A DNA stretch of 61,578 nt, the filler included, from Sphacelaria rigidula (lineage: Eukaryota), in the NCBI GenBank assembly GCA_964200075.2. It is 4 parts of 4 records of this genome, joined end to end, with 100 filler letters (N's around TTAATTAATTAA, not from the genome) between each part and the next. Parts side by side here need not be neighbours in the genome. Positions count along the whole stretch, not along the records: positions 1 to 15,325 come from CAXNAA020001796.1; positions 15,426 to 30,748 come from CAXNAA020001797.1; 2 more parts are not named here. One strand, given 5' to 3'. A program made the translations under genes and the position numbers. This document shows positions 11,601 through 23,600 of the stretch, piece by piece (position 1 is the first letter of the stretch; each line of letters opens with the position of its first letter). The notes under the pieces are model-generated. The model worked only from the letters and a program-made list of their open reading frames with translations, was not told where the DNA came from and did not search any database.

Positions 11601-13929
11601 GAAATCTTGACAGATGTCCGCGGTTTCTTTTTCTTACATTATCGCTTGTATATTATAAGAAGGCAGTCGAGCCTCGCACAGGAGATGCGCGTGTGAGATG
11701 GATTGGTGCAGGGGAAGGGTTCGGATGCGTAACTATAAACTACTCGTAACCGTATCGCTTTCGCGTCTTTGATGCCGCAATGGGCGCTCTGTCATTACTG
11801 TAAGGGATTCCGGATTCCCCCCCCCCCCCAGGATTCCCAGTGGTCACGGCGATGAAGAAAACTCGAACCTGTTGATTCTGCTGGGGACCAATGCCTCCCG
11901 TCCAATCGGCGTTCAGCCTTGATTGGTCGTTGCTGTTGTTTCGTGTTGAGTTTGTGCTAGTCATGGGGATACACGAAGTCCCACCCATTGATTCTGCTTC
12001 GAGACCAATGCTCCCAATCGGCACTCCACCCCTGTCGCTCTTCGCCATTGTTTCCCGGGAAATTCGTGTTGTGATTGGGATGAGCAGAGTCCTGGTCCAT
12101 TGGTTCTGCTAGCGGCCGACGCAGGTGCCGGTTGGGTGCCTGTTGGTGGAACAACCGCCAAAGCAGGCCGGAAGGTGGCCACTGTCTTCGAAGACCCGAG
12201 GTACTTCGTTTGGGGGGTGGGAGTGGGGGGGGGGGGGGGGGGGGGGGGGGGGTGCTTGGGCGCTTCACCACAGGCACTACCACAGGCGCCCCCNNNNNNN
12301 NNNTTGCCTTAAGTCGTTTGACCGTTGACCACGCATCCCTTTCGAGACGGAGCAGTGGGAGTGGGGGGGTGGAGCTGGGTTTGAGTGTTGTCCCGATACG
12401 GCTCGATATATCTTCTGGTTTCATAGGCGCCACATGCTGCAGAAGTACGCTTGATGTGCCATTGAAACACGCGGAGAAAAACTTTGTCCGTTGGGCAATG
12501 CACACACACACACCCTTTGCGGTGCTTCTCGAGTACCTTGCCATACCGCTATATGTAATAGTGCTGATAGAATGCTTTAGCTTTCACGTATATTCTTGTT
12601 TTGCTTTCGTCTCTCGTTAATATTCAGTTCCCCGTTTTTTTTTCGTGTTTATTTGTCCACCTACTTTTCCCCGTGTCTCGAGTTCCCTCCATTAATTGTG
12701 AGTGTCTCCGTCGTGTTCATCTTGGGTACGTCAATCTATCTTGTGCCGTATCTAATGACGTAAAATGATACCATGGCTGGATGTATGAATCTCTCGGGAA
12801 TGAGTTGTTGTATGTATGTGTGATGTGTGTGAAATTCAATCTTATCAAAATAATCAGTTTGACCATGCTCATTTTACCCTTGCTGTTGAGAGGTGCCAAT
12901 CTCGTCCTGCAATTCATGTATTCCACTGTCTCTACGGTACCGATAGCATTCGCTGTAGATATGGGGCGCACCAGTACCAGTAAGTACCCATAACATACCC
13001 ACCGGCACCCGAAGGTAGCGTTTGCCCGTTTAGTTCATTGTGGGCTTGAGTCTAGAAAAGGTATAGATTTCACGTTTTTCGCCCCTAACCCTAACCCCAA
13101 TTAGTCCTGACCGCGTATCCCAATTGATGTGCCTGACGAATATCGAGCAAAATGAGTGCTTGTGGTGTGTGTTCACCGATTCCGCGATTCTCTATGGAAA
13201 TAGTGCCCTTTGGGGCAAAAAACGTGAAAGATGTACCTTTTCAAGACAAAAGCCGTTCCACTATTAACAGTCGATCATCGAACTTGAGGATGAAGCTTTT
13301 CATTGAGGATGATAACCTCGAAAATTGGAATTTTCGTATCCACATCAAATCTTCGAGATATGGTTCCATTCCTCCATGTGCTGGTAGCTTTTGACAACTA
13401 CTACAAGTAAACGACAAAATGATTTGAATCCCGACTACCGAAATTTGGAGGTTCTGGGAGAAAAAACATGTTGGGAGTTTAAGTGATCCGACCGGATCAC
13501 GCAAATTCCTAACATATTTTTTTTCATCTAGGACGCCCAAATTCCGGTCATCGAAATATGAATTTGTATGGCTTTTAGGAGTGGTCAATAGCTACCAGCA
13601 AATGAAGGCGTGGGACCATAAATCGAAGAATTGGTGTGGTTGTGAAGATTTTAATTTTCCGGGCTATCATCCTCAATGAAAGTTCTATCCTCAATCTCGA
13701 TGATCGGCTGTTTATTTCGCCAGTTGAATTCTCATTACTCACTTGCTCCCTCTTTTTGTGATTTTTATTGTCCTTGCTACGTCTCATCCGCAGAATCGAC
13801 AGCTCCGACGTTGAGATATTTCGCACCATGACCCACGAGCTGGTGATTAAGGGAACCGGCTTCACAGAGGTTTTCCGGCCTCATTTCGTCTTTGATCCTC
13901 CCATCGACAGGGATAGCTACGTTGTGCAG
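5606..13929 (+). CDS. Partial gene (5' and 3' ends not found): protein with tandem ~110-aa Ig/IPT(TIG)-like beta repeats, probably large and extracellular. Exons 5606-5699, 7966-8127, 9668-9802, 10967-11215, 12088-12200, 13794-13929
   Basis: All six exons are AG/GT-bounded and phase-compatible (889 nt, no stops). Repeat motifs recur: LxIxGTxF (LMINGTNF, LTFAGEGF, LVIKGTGF), FxPP, and W..PGPLxLxxxDxGxG (WAAEPGPLKLVGIDTGGG, WRLSPGPLVLLAADAGAG). Confidence 0.8.
9889..9923 (+). mobile_element. Extremely 5'-truncated copy of the LINE 3' end
   Basis: ccgtctcgaaagggatgcgtggtcaatggtcaaat matches the 3' terminus of the LINE at 33361-35510. It abuts a C homopolymer. Confidence 0.65.
12304..12353 (-). 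mobile_element. Extremely 5'-truncated copy of the LINE 3' end
   Basis: The reverse complement reads gctccgtctcgaaagggatgcgtggtcaacggtcaaacgacttaaggcaa, matching the LINE terminus. It is flanked by a C-rich tract on one side and an N gap on the other. Confidence 0.65.
13266..13712. mobile_element. Diverged foldback/MITE (whole-length inverted repeat) in an intron
   Basis: Termini aacagtcgatcatcga / tcgatgatcggctgtt. Internal segments pair (cattgaggatgata / tatcatcctcaatg; tgctggtagct / agctaccagca), with centre gtgatccgaccggatcac at ~13490. Confidence 0.75.
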
Positions 13930-14733
13930 GTGAGTTTCAGTTGCTTGATTGCTAGCTTGCTTGCTGGCCTGAGTGGTTCGTTGGTTTGTTGGTCACTTGG
14001 TTACTTTGTTACTTGGTTGATCACTTGAGTGGTTGTGGTTGGTCAATTGGTTGGTTGGTTATTCGCGCTCTGGATGCAACGATTGATCGAGAGGATCGAG
14101 AGGTCCTCTGTGCTCTGTGTTGTGTGCTCTGTGCTCTCGTGTGATCATATCCACGAAAAACCCATCCATTGACATGACGAGATCGACGTGCCCAAGCTAA
14201 GTCAAAAGAGAAACAGAATTCGCTCAAGCAATACTGTATTGCACTTGAGAAAGTAGAGACAAAAAGTAAGGGAGTGGAATGGAGGGGGGGAAACGGAAGT
14301 GAGGAGTACCCACATGACGAGAAAAACATGTATTGGTGACCACCTGGTCGGGACACCAAGTGGCACTATCCAACTGCAGTGCAGGGCCCTCTACCGGCCA
14401 TTGCACTGCCCTGTACTGTGCTGTACTAGTGATAGCCCTGTACTGTAAAGTGTTGCGTGTCGTGAATGTTGGGATGCCAACATAGGGGATACATCGCTAT
14501 GGCATGATATATCACGTAGTCGTCAATTTTTCGGGGGCATATTGATAATATCGCATCATATCATGTTAATATCAACATCACGATATCCATCACGATGTAG
14601 CGGATATATTTGGGCAGAAAATACACATGGAGTGATATAGTGAACATTTTGGAACATATCACACCCAGGTAGGAGGTAGGACTGGCCTTCAGCGAGTGAG
14701 ACGATGATCGCGGGGGATGTGAGGGAGTCATGA

Positions 14734-14909
14734 CACACCGTGGACAATATATGGTCAATAGATGCAATCGACGAGTAGTGTACTGCATAAAGTATAGGTC
14801 TATTGTAACTTTTGCCGGCCGACAATAGTCGCAATAGACCTATACTTTTTCAGTACGTTTCTTGTCTATTGTAACTATTGAGCATTGAGCATATATTGTC
14901 CAAGGTGTG
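14734..14909. mobile_element. MITE with TIR cacacc.tggacaatatatggtcaatag
   Basis: The terminal inverted repeat ends ...atatattgtccaaggtgtg. A shorter family member lies at 20614-20716. Confidence 0.7.
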
Positions 14910-15325
14910 GAATATTATGAAATGTAAGTCACTTTTGAACGATGTATTTCGGGGGGTTATCAGCACCGACCACTTGGGTACAACTCAACGCCTCATGCTG
15001 GTGAACGTTCGTCGCTGAAGACGTTGTTATTTTTCACGCAACATCGTATCTGGGCGCCTTTTAAGCGCCCGGTATTAACGTGATGTATCACGTGATGAAC
15101 CACGATATTATATCGTGACATCGATATACCCCCTTTTATGTACCTCCTTATATATTTCCGATATATCACACCAAGTTTGTGGATATTGATAGGATATGAT
15201 ATATAACAAAATATCAAGACGTAACTAGAAATGAGGCGGGGGGGGGGGGGGGGGGGGGGGGGGGGAGGGTATGCTGAGGGCGAGCCCGGGGGGCGCGCGC
15301 CCTCAACTCGCCGGAGGGGGGCGGG

Positions 15326-15425
15326 NNNNNNNNNNNNNNNNNNNNNNNNNNNNNNNNNNNNNNNNNNNNTTAATTAATTAANNNNNNNNNNNNNNNNNNN
15401 NNNNNNNNNNNNNNNNNNNNNNNNN
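15326..15425. other. Artificial assembly linker N44-TTAATTAATTAA-N44
   Basis: 100-bp spacer with stops in all six frames, identical to the linkers at 30749-30848 and 46165-46264. Confidence 0.97.
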
Positions 15426-17696
15426 GGTGTTTGCGTTTGTCGGGTGGGCCTTCGTCGTTGGGGGGGGGGGGGGGGGGGGGGGGGGGACATTTTTGGGTCG
15501 TTTCCTTCCACGAAACTCTACTTGCAATCGTTGTTGATAGCAGCAACGGTACTTCTAACGCGCCCATTCATATTCACGACTCTCCGACAGGATTCTAGAG
15601 CACTTTTGCGATCTTGTTGCACACCCAGTGTGACATTCGGCAGAAAAAAAACGACTTTTGCAAACAACCCACCAGAAAATCGTGTTTCTCTGAGACCTGC
15701 AATCACGATCGCATTCGGATCCTTACCGGGTTGGGTTACAGGGATCGGCTTCGGGTTAGCGTTCCATCATATATCGTTTTTGCATACCTCAACCATCGTT
15801 CTCAGCCGTTTCATGAACAGCCAGTGTGAAAAAGCGCGCCGCGATACACACAAGAATATCCACGGCCAATCGTGTGCGAGTGTAGCGTTTTTTTCTTCTT
15901 CTCTTTATTCTGTTCAACATTCACGTACAATTATTTTCAGTAGGACAGAATGGGGTACTGCAATATTTTTGGCGGCTTCATGTGCACACTGTGCAGCGTG
16001 AATCTACTCGCATCAGCCACACACAATGTACAACCTAGCTGCTCCAACAAACGTACAGCACACTCCTCAATCATAGCACGCAATACGCACTACAAAACCA
16101 CGCTAGACCCCTGGTTCGTGTTGTTGTGCCCTCAAAGACGACCTGGAAGGCTGGTTGACACTTCTTCTAGAATTACACCGACAGAGCTCAAAGGTGGTGC
16201 TGTCTGTTGTTTTTGTTCCCCACATTATACCTTTTCCCCTCCATAAATCTAGCATCCGTGGTCAAATCCAAGTCTGTGACTGCTGCGGTCTACTAACTCC
16301 AGTCGGTAGCGATTTGTACTCGGGCCAATTTCCTACAGGAATTTAGAGGATTTTATGTCATTTCTGCGGCAGTACGGTCAGTACAGTCAGTGAAGTCAAT
16401 ACATAGTCGGATAGACCTCAACAATATTTCGTCTTCCCCGGTGGTACAGACGCAAACTGTCGTGAATCTTACAAATACTGAAGCAAATTGCCGTCAAATC
16501 AGGTGTTGACATTAGCAGCTGAGCAAGGGCGAGCCTTCGGGCTATTGCACATAGGCTGTTTTTTTTTAATTATTGCGCATTTTTGTATGCTTTCCGAGCA
16601 CACCATCTTTACCGGACGTACGCGCGAGGTGTTTTTAGTCGCCTTCCTTCCGCACGGGTCCTACGGCATTCTTTCTCACATGACGAAACACAGCACGAGC
16701 ATATCATCTTGCTTGGATCCAGAGCTCGTAACATTATGGTGACGAGGCATACTTCAAGAGTATACAATTTTCGCTCGTGATGAGATCATTCCATCACAAG
16801 CTGGTCTTGGTTGGGTCAGCGCGACCTCTTGGTTATGGAGCAATCAACTTCTCTACCCGTCGTAGACTTCTCACAAGCACATTGTCACATGCTCTCTCCC
16901 TCACCAAAACCACCGTCGATTCACCAATTTGCCCCATGAAAACGCAGGGAATAAATGGTATGCCAAGATTCCAAAACCTCAAATTTTTGCGGCAACTTCA
17001 TGTAACTCCACAGGTGTTCTTAGAATCATCGTGTTTCCAACGTGCCACAGCTGCACAGTGCTACCCTTTAGTTGCAGGTTTGGGGCCCTTTTTCTGTTCA
17101 GCATTCATGGCCAAAAAACCATCATCATAAATGCGCCAGAAAGCCATCCTTAATTTTGGTCGCCTATTTTTCTCGTACCATGAAAGAACGCGACAAAGGC
17201 CTTGTGTTTTGGTTGTCTATTTGGGGATCGCATTATACGAACTGCGACACAGGTGAGACAGATCTTCTGTACTCTAGATGAACCGGTAGCATGGAACAAG
17301 AGCTGAACAGGAACGGGCTCGTCATGCCACATGGGCCACTCTACTCTTTATCTGTCTCTCGCGTCGCTCTACATCCCGCTCTGTTCCGCCAATACATGCC
17401 CTACATAACAGGGGGGAAAGCACGCCTCGCTCTGGAGTCCCTCGGGTAACAAGACCACGGCGGCAACATTCACGTCATCGTCCCGTAGTCCCCCACCAAA
17501 GACGTACCCACATCTCGCATATCATAAAAAACGAGATTTTGACCCGATCGACCTCTTCCGTTCTGTTTCCTCCCCCCCCCCCCCTCTGCGCGGTCCCATG
17601 AGAAAACAGGGGATGACTATGCAACGGAGCGAATGCGGGGAAACGCGCAGATACCACTTGCTCCCCTTCCCCCCCGGGTGGGTACGTCCGACAAAC

Positions 17697-20600
17697 CTCA
17701 ATGACATAGAAGGCAGCCCAGCTCATGTCGTACCCAAGCATTTGCAGATACGTGAGCTTTCGGATCTGGAGGAGGCAAGAACAACGAGGCGCGCAGTCAG
17801 TTTTTTTGTTAGATAGTCAGTTGGTTGGGGGTTCGGTTGAAATTCTTGGGCGTGAGCGTGATTCTCGAAACAGTATTGCCGGATAGCACTTTCGCGGATA
17901 ATTGCGGGGTAACGGAAACGGAATATAAAAAATTTGGGGGGGGGGGGGGGGAAGAAGGCAGGAGGGTCGATATTGGAACCGATCCGGGGTAGTGAAATCA
18001 GGGGGTTTTGAAAAAGATTATTANNNNNNNNNNGAAAGATTGGGGGAGTAGTGTGGGTTGGGGGGGGGGGGGGGGGGAAAGAGAAGGAAAAAAGAGGGGG
18101 GGGGGGGGGGGGGGGGGGGAGAAGAAGGCAGGAGGGTCGATATTGGAACCGATCCGTGGTAGTGAAATCAGGGTGTTTTGAAAAAGATTATTAATTTCAA
18201 CTTGTATTCAGTAAAAAGATCTTTCGAACTATATATACACAGCATCGACACAACGGCTTCGCGATCGTCTCGTTTTCCATCACGTATTTTGGGCATGTCG
18301 ATCGAGTGGGGCTCTGTGTGGTTGGGGCATGCTTTGGGAGTGTCCTTGTTCGAGTGTGTGTAACATATGACCTCGTGCGTAGATTACAGCAGACCAAACA
18401 CCCTCTCGAGTATGCACAAGTTGGGCGGGGCAAGAGCTCGAGCATTCGCCAATATCGATATGCGGGGCCAACCTTCTCCTATTATTACTTTTCTTTACTT
18501 CTAAACCCTCTTTCTCGGGACGAGTCCATGGCGAACAGGAAAATCAACCCATCCATGTCACCGGACCGCCCGAAACTAGAGAAGCCAGTGTGGTCGCTCT
18601 TCTACCATTTTTGAAAATCCAACTCACCGCCAGTCACAACTGTTCTTATTATTTCATCTCAAAATCGGGTGTTGGAAAAACGCTGTTGCGTCTGTGTATT
18701 GAGTCAGAACTGAACTCCAAGTTTCAAGGGGCGCTTTCTTCTGTTGGTATCGCGGGTCGGATCATTCATGACCAGCACCCCCTGCACCCCGTCGACTCTT
18801 GTCCGACAAACTCAGCCATACAGACCATTTATCGCTGCTCACGTCCTCACGCGTTCGACCACGGAAATCAAAAACTTCCCAGGAAAAAAAGGCATAAGAG
18901 GAGACGCATCTGGCGTGAATGGAACCCGCGTTTTCCACGGCCTAATGGTGTCGGATATAGCATTAGATCCCCGATGCGCGTTGGGACCTGAAACTAAGGA
19001 CCTGCACTCTTTCCCGCCAACTACATCAATGATAATTGAAACGAGGGAAAAATGCAGGGGACTGAACGATGTGTCACCCCTTGGCTGGTGGTGTGTTTTA
19101 TGGGGGAGGCATTGATTGCTGCGTTGAAAAAAAATATATATATATTTCATGTACAGTGCAGGAGTCATTCTTCAAGACTATTTTGTACGTTCTTGCGCAT
19201 AACGGGTTACAAATGCTTACCTCATGCATTTTGCTCTTCTTTGAGTTTTGTTCATTTTGTGCCTCAAGTATACCTCTTTTTAGTTTCTCCTTCTTCCACG
19301 TTCTTTCCATCCGTGTTCTTCCTTCTTCTTTTCAGCCAGCGTTTTTTCGTTTCGTTCTCACCTTGGGTACATCATAACCAATGACCACGGCCTGGTCCCT
19401 CTGGGATAGGTTAATGTGTGACGATCAATCAATTCAATCAAGAGACACCTATCTTGTGAAGGAAGCCATCGGATAGCACGATAGTCCGCGAGGCGGCGGT
19501 CCTGCAGGAGCAAACGATGTTCCGAGGCGGTGCTCCACGACACTGATATTTGGGTCACGGGATCATTGCGGATGCGGAATTCATCATCGTATCGAAAGAA
19601 ACGGTCATTTCCGCACCTACTCTCACAAATATCAAACCAAACAACGGGACGGGGTGGGTAAGCGCACTTACTCCAGGTACTTATCCTCAGTTGAGCCACC
19701 GGCACCCTGGACGAGTAAATACGAAAACAGTCGTCCATACTGCTGCTGGCACAACTGAGCATACGTGTCATCTACGCAAATCACAACCACCATCCCTCAC
19801 TAATACTACCGCTACTGCTACTGCTACTCGAGTGAACAAGTCCAAACTACGTCCCGCCACGACGCTTAGCGCTAAGATCTACACGGTGCTGAGCATACGA
19901 GCAGATCAAAGTTCCACAGTGATACTCGTACACTCCACCAATGAATCCTGCGCAGGGATTTAACGTGGGGGAAACAACATACATCATGTTCCACGTGCCC
20001 GGGCTGTTAGAGTCAATCTACAACCTACGGACTCGTGGACATGCACAATGTACCGTGGCCATACAGGTTGGCAGGTGAGGAATACTAAATATTGCACACG
20101 CACCGTAGGTAAGGTAGGTACCCGATACCGGTATATGGGACATCTCATACCCTACCGATACCGGTCCAATCCGATATTTTGAAATGTCATACCTACGATA
20201 CCTACGATACCAGGGTATTTCGAGATCTCAATACCTACAGTACCCGCCAAATCTGGTATTTTAGAAACTCATACCTACGATACCAGGGTATTTCGAGATT
20301 TCAATACCTAACGTACCCGCCAAATCCGGTATTCTCAAAACTCAGACCTACGATACCTGCGATACCAGGGTATTTCGAGATTTCAGTACCGACCGCACCG
20401 GCCCAATCCGGCATTTTGAAATGTCATACCTACGATACCTACGCATACCATGGTATGGGATACCCCGGTAAATACCGGGGGTACGCTCGGTACGGTACCT
20501 TACCTACGGTACCTGTGAAATATTGTTTATTGTATACTTGATTCGGATGTTCTGACAGTGCACAGCTTCAGAACAAAATGTGCACCCCTACCGTGGAACC

Positions 20601-23600
20601 ACTCGGAATAATTCACACCCTGGACAACATATGGTCAATAGATGCAATAGACCTGTACTGTGTGCAGTATATTTCTTGTCTATGGCAACTATTGACCATA
20701 CATTGTCCAAGGTGTGGAATAATCATACGTGCTTCATGCTCCGTGTGCCGGGCTGCTACAGTCAACCAACGGACTTGTGAACATGCAATATACCTGGGCC
20801 ATACAGGTTAGCAGGTGAGGAATACTGACTACAGTTTTCTTGTATACTTGATCCGGATCTTACGGGTGCAGGAAACTGTTCCGGGTATACGAGTACTAGA
20901 TTCGTATTCCACGGGTGAGGGGGTTGTTTTTGGTATGGATAAGATTCGAATCGCGCGTGTCGTCGACAAGCTGCTGCGTTTGCCGGAGCCGATTTATATA
21001 AATGACTCCATGTGATGTATGTTGTACAGATGATACAGTTCTGCAGATTACTTGTACACGAAAGCGTGTGTGTGTGTGTGTGTGTGTGTGAAGCGGGTCC
21101 TACAGATCGCTATTGAACAGATCATGATCTATGCCCCGAATGAAATGACCCGGATCTTCCACGAGCTGATCTGTCCGACGTGTGAACAAGTTGACCGCGG
21201 GTAAAAAAATTGTCTCCACGCAATTTTTGCGCTATTCCACATATCTGGGGTGTAACACTGAAAACAAAGTCCAAGGATTGCTTTGTTAGGCACGAATCGA
21301 ATACACTAGTAGGAAGCAATTTCCAGACGAATCATTATTCGCTTGATCCTTAACCCTTAGACCGCGAGATTAGTCTTTCTAGATCATGCATACTTTTTTT
21401 CATTTGAAATTGATGCCGATTCAACAGGAGACTTACCTCGCGGTCTAAGGGTTGAATCACTGCAATGCAGTGGGCGGTGTAGGTGAGCGGTGCAAATACC
21501 GTAAAACTCCATACATTGTGCTCGCGCGGGCTTTTACTTGACGAGAGACTTACACAGTTTGTTCTCCGGCAAAAGTAATGCAAGAAAAAGGAACTGTACT
21601 GCAAGACCAATTTGTATGACAACCAATCCGTATTTGTACAAATATGAGGATTTCAGCCGGTGTAAATCCGATTTTCTCCCGTGGATTGATTTTTTGGACC
21701 CCAGTCCGTTGGGCAATGTTTTCCCTCTAGCTCTGAGGAAACCAGATCGATTCTCCGATTCTCTGTACGCTGACTTTTTATTCATCACCTTTCTGCTCAG
21801 ATCTGGAGACTCCCGCATCTCTCCCGATTTGGGCCCCAGATTCGGGGGAGATGCGAGAGTCTCCCGATCAGAACAGAAAGGTGATGAACTAAAAGTCAGC
21901 GTACAGAGAATCGGAGAATCGATCTGGTTTCCCCAGAGCTAGAGGGAAAACATTGCCCAGCGGACTGGGGTCCAAAAACTCAATCCACGGGAGAAAATCG
22001 GATTTACACGGGCTGAAATCCTCATATTTGTACAAACACGGATTGGTTGCCGTACAAATTGGTCCAAGCGTTGCACTTGGTGTGAACAAGGCCAACAAGC
22101 AGTGTGTCCTCGACAGGCAATGCGGTGCAGCCGAGAGCACGGCCGTAGCGTTTCCCGACAACTTCGATTAAGCTCTCACGGTGGCCGCCGTCGCCGCAGC
22201 AGCAGCAGTCACAGCTAGATACTGTGTAAAACAGGCTACAGAATAGAAGCAAAAGAAAACACAAAGGTCACCTACAAAGCTACGACGGCGCATGTATCTG
22301 GCCGGCGAAGCGAGCTGCAGCGAGGCCCATGATTGATGATTGATGATTTGATGATGATGGCCCATGCCCACCGCAAGTGTAAAAACCGCGCGGTAGTTCG
22401 GTCTGTGCACCACAGCACACGAAGTGGACAAGGATACGGGGCACCTGACCCGAAATATACAGCCACACACCTCTTGTGATCGATGAACATACCTGAAAAT
22501 GAGGGTCGGCACTAGATGAACACTGAATGGGCGTTTGAGGGAGGACAGGTTTTGATTGGCTCGCCCGAGATAAAAATGGCCATCTTCGTGGTCGAGGCGC
22601 TAGAAATCCTAGCTCCCATGCTCTTTTTTTGGATAATGACCTGCGCCTTGCGTGAGGAAAGCCATTCGATTTCCATCACCGAAGCGCCAGAAATCTTGAC
22701 CTCAAACTTCTTTGTTGGGATGATGATCTACAACCGGGCCGGCCAATAGGCAGTGAGTTCGTAAATATCGCTGCGCGCAGGTCAACTTTCGAGTTCGGAC
22801 CTGACAGTTTAACGCGCGATTTGCAAGTTACTCGTACAGCAGACATATATTGGCCAAGCCCCGTTGTTTTCTCCGCCCCCGCCGAGGCACGACCAAGTAA
22901 ACTTGTCAGAACAGACATCCGCATGGTAGACGTGCGCTGACCAGTCACCATTTTTTCGGGGGCGGAAGAACGACCAAGCCAATTGGATACTTAGAGGGCA
23001 ATTGACTTGGTCGTGTCTCGGCGACGATAAAAAAAATGAGGTTGGTCTGAACATGTCAACTACGCGAGCAGTTTCAAGACAAAAAAAAAAAATCGGAGCA
23101 GAATTTGACCGCTTTTGTCCCTAGTGCGCACTGCTGCAACGGGCAGCACCAGAGATAGTGATGTGGAACTGTTGGCTGTGGTTCTCATAATATATGACCA
23201 ACGTTACAGCACATTTTAGTGTCTACAGCGTGCATAGGGTCGTGCGTCATGAACTGCGCACCTCTGCAGACAATATGCCGATAGGTACACTACCGATGGT
23301 CATGATCCAGAAAGGGTCGCGGTACAGACCGGTTTCGGTTTGCTACATTATCGGCCGCCCAGCCGCTGAAGATGTCGAAGATAGTGGACGTGCGCGTGCA
23401 TATGTACGCGAAAATCCGCATACATTTTACCTTAATTTTCTTTTGGCGCAACACTGGCGAGAGTACCTTGCGAATCACGCGTCATTCGCAGCCTTTACAC
23501 CAGTCACTCTGCTTTCAACCTTACCTAGACTACAGGATTTCGGTTGCAACTTTAGAACGGTGGTGAATTACGGTATGAGACATTCACCACATTTCTGTCG

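Noticed and set aside
13083..13098. Telomeric (CCCTAA)n
   Set aside because: Only about 2.5 units, interstitial.
15370..15381. TTAATTAATTAA as a biological motif (also 30793-30804 and 46209-46220)
   Set aside because: It is always centred in exactly 44+44 Ns, so it is a synthetic six-frame stop linker.
17935..18193. Direct repeat gaagaaggcaggagggtcgatattggaacc... on both sides of an N gap
   Set aside because: It is flanked by poly-G and a gap, most likely an unmerged contig overlap (assembly artefact).
22510..23126. CACTA element (cactag...ctagtg)
   Set aside because: TIR similarity is limited to about 6 bp and the 3-bp flanks do not match (cgg / cgc).
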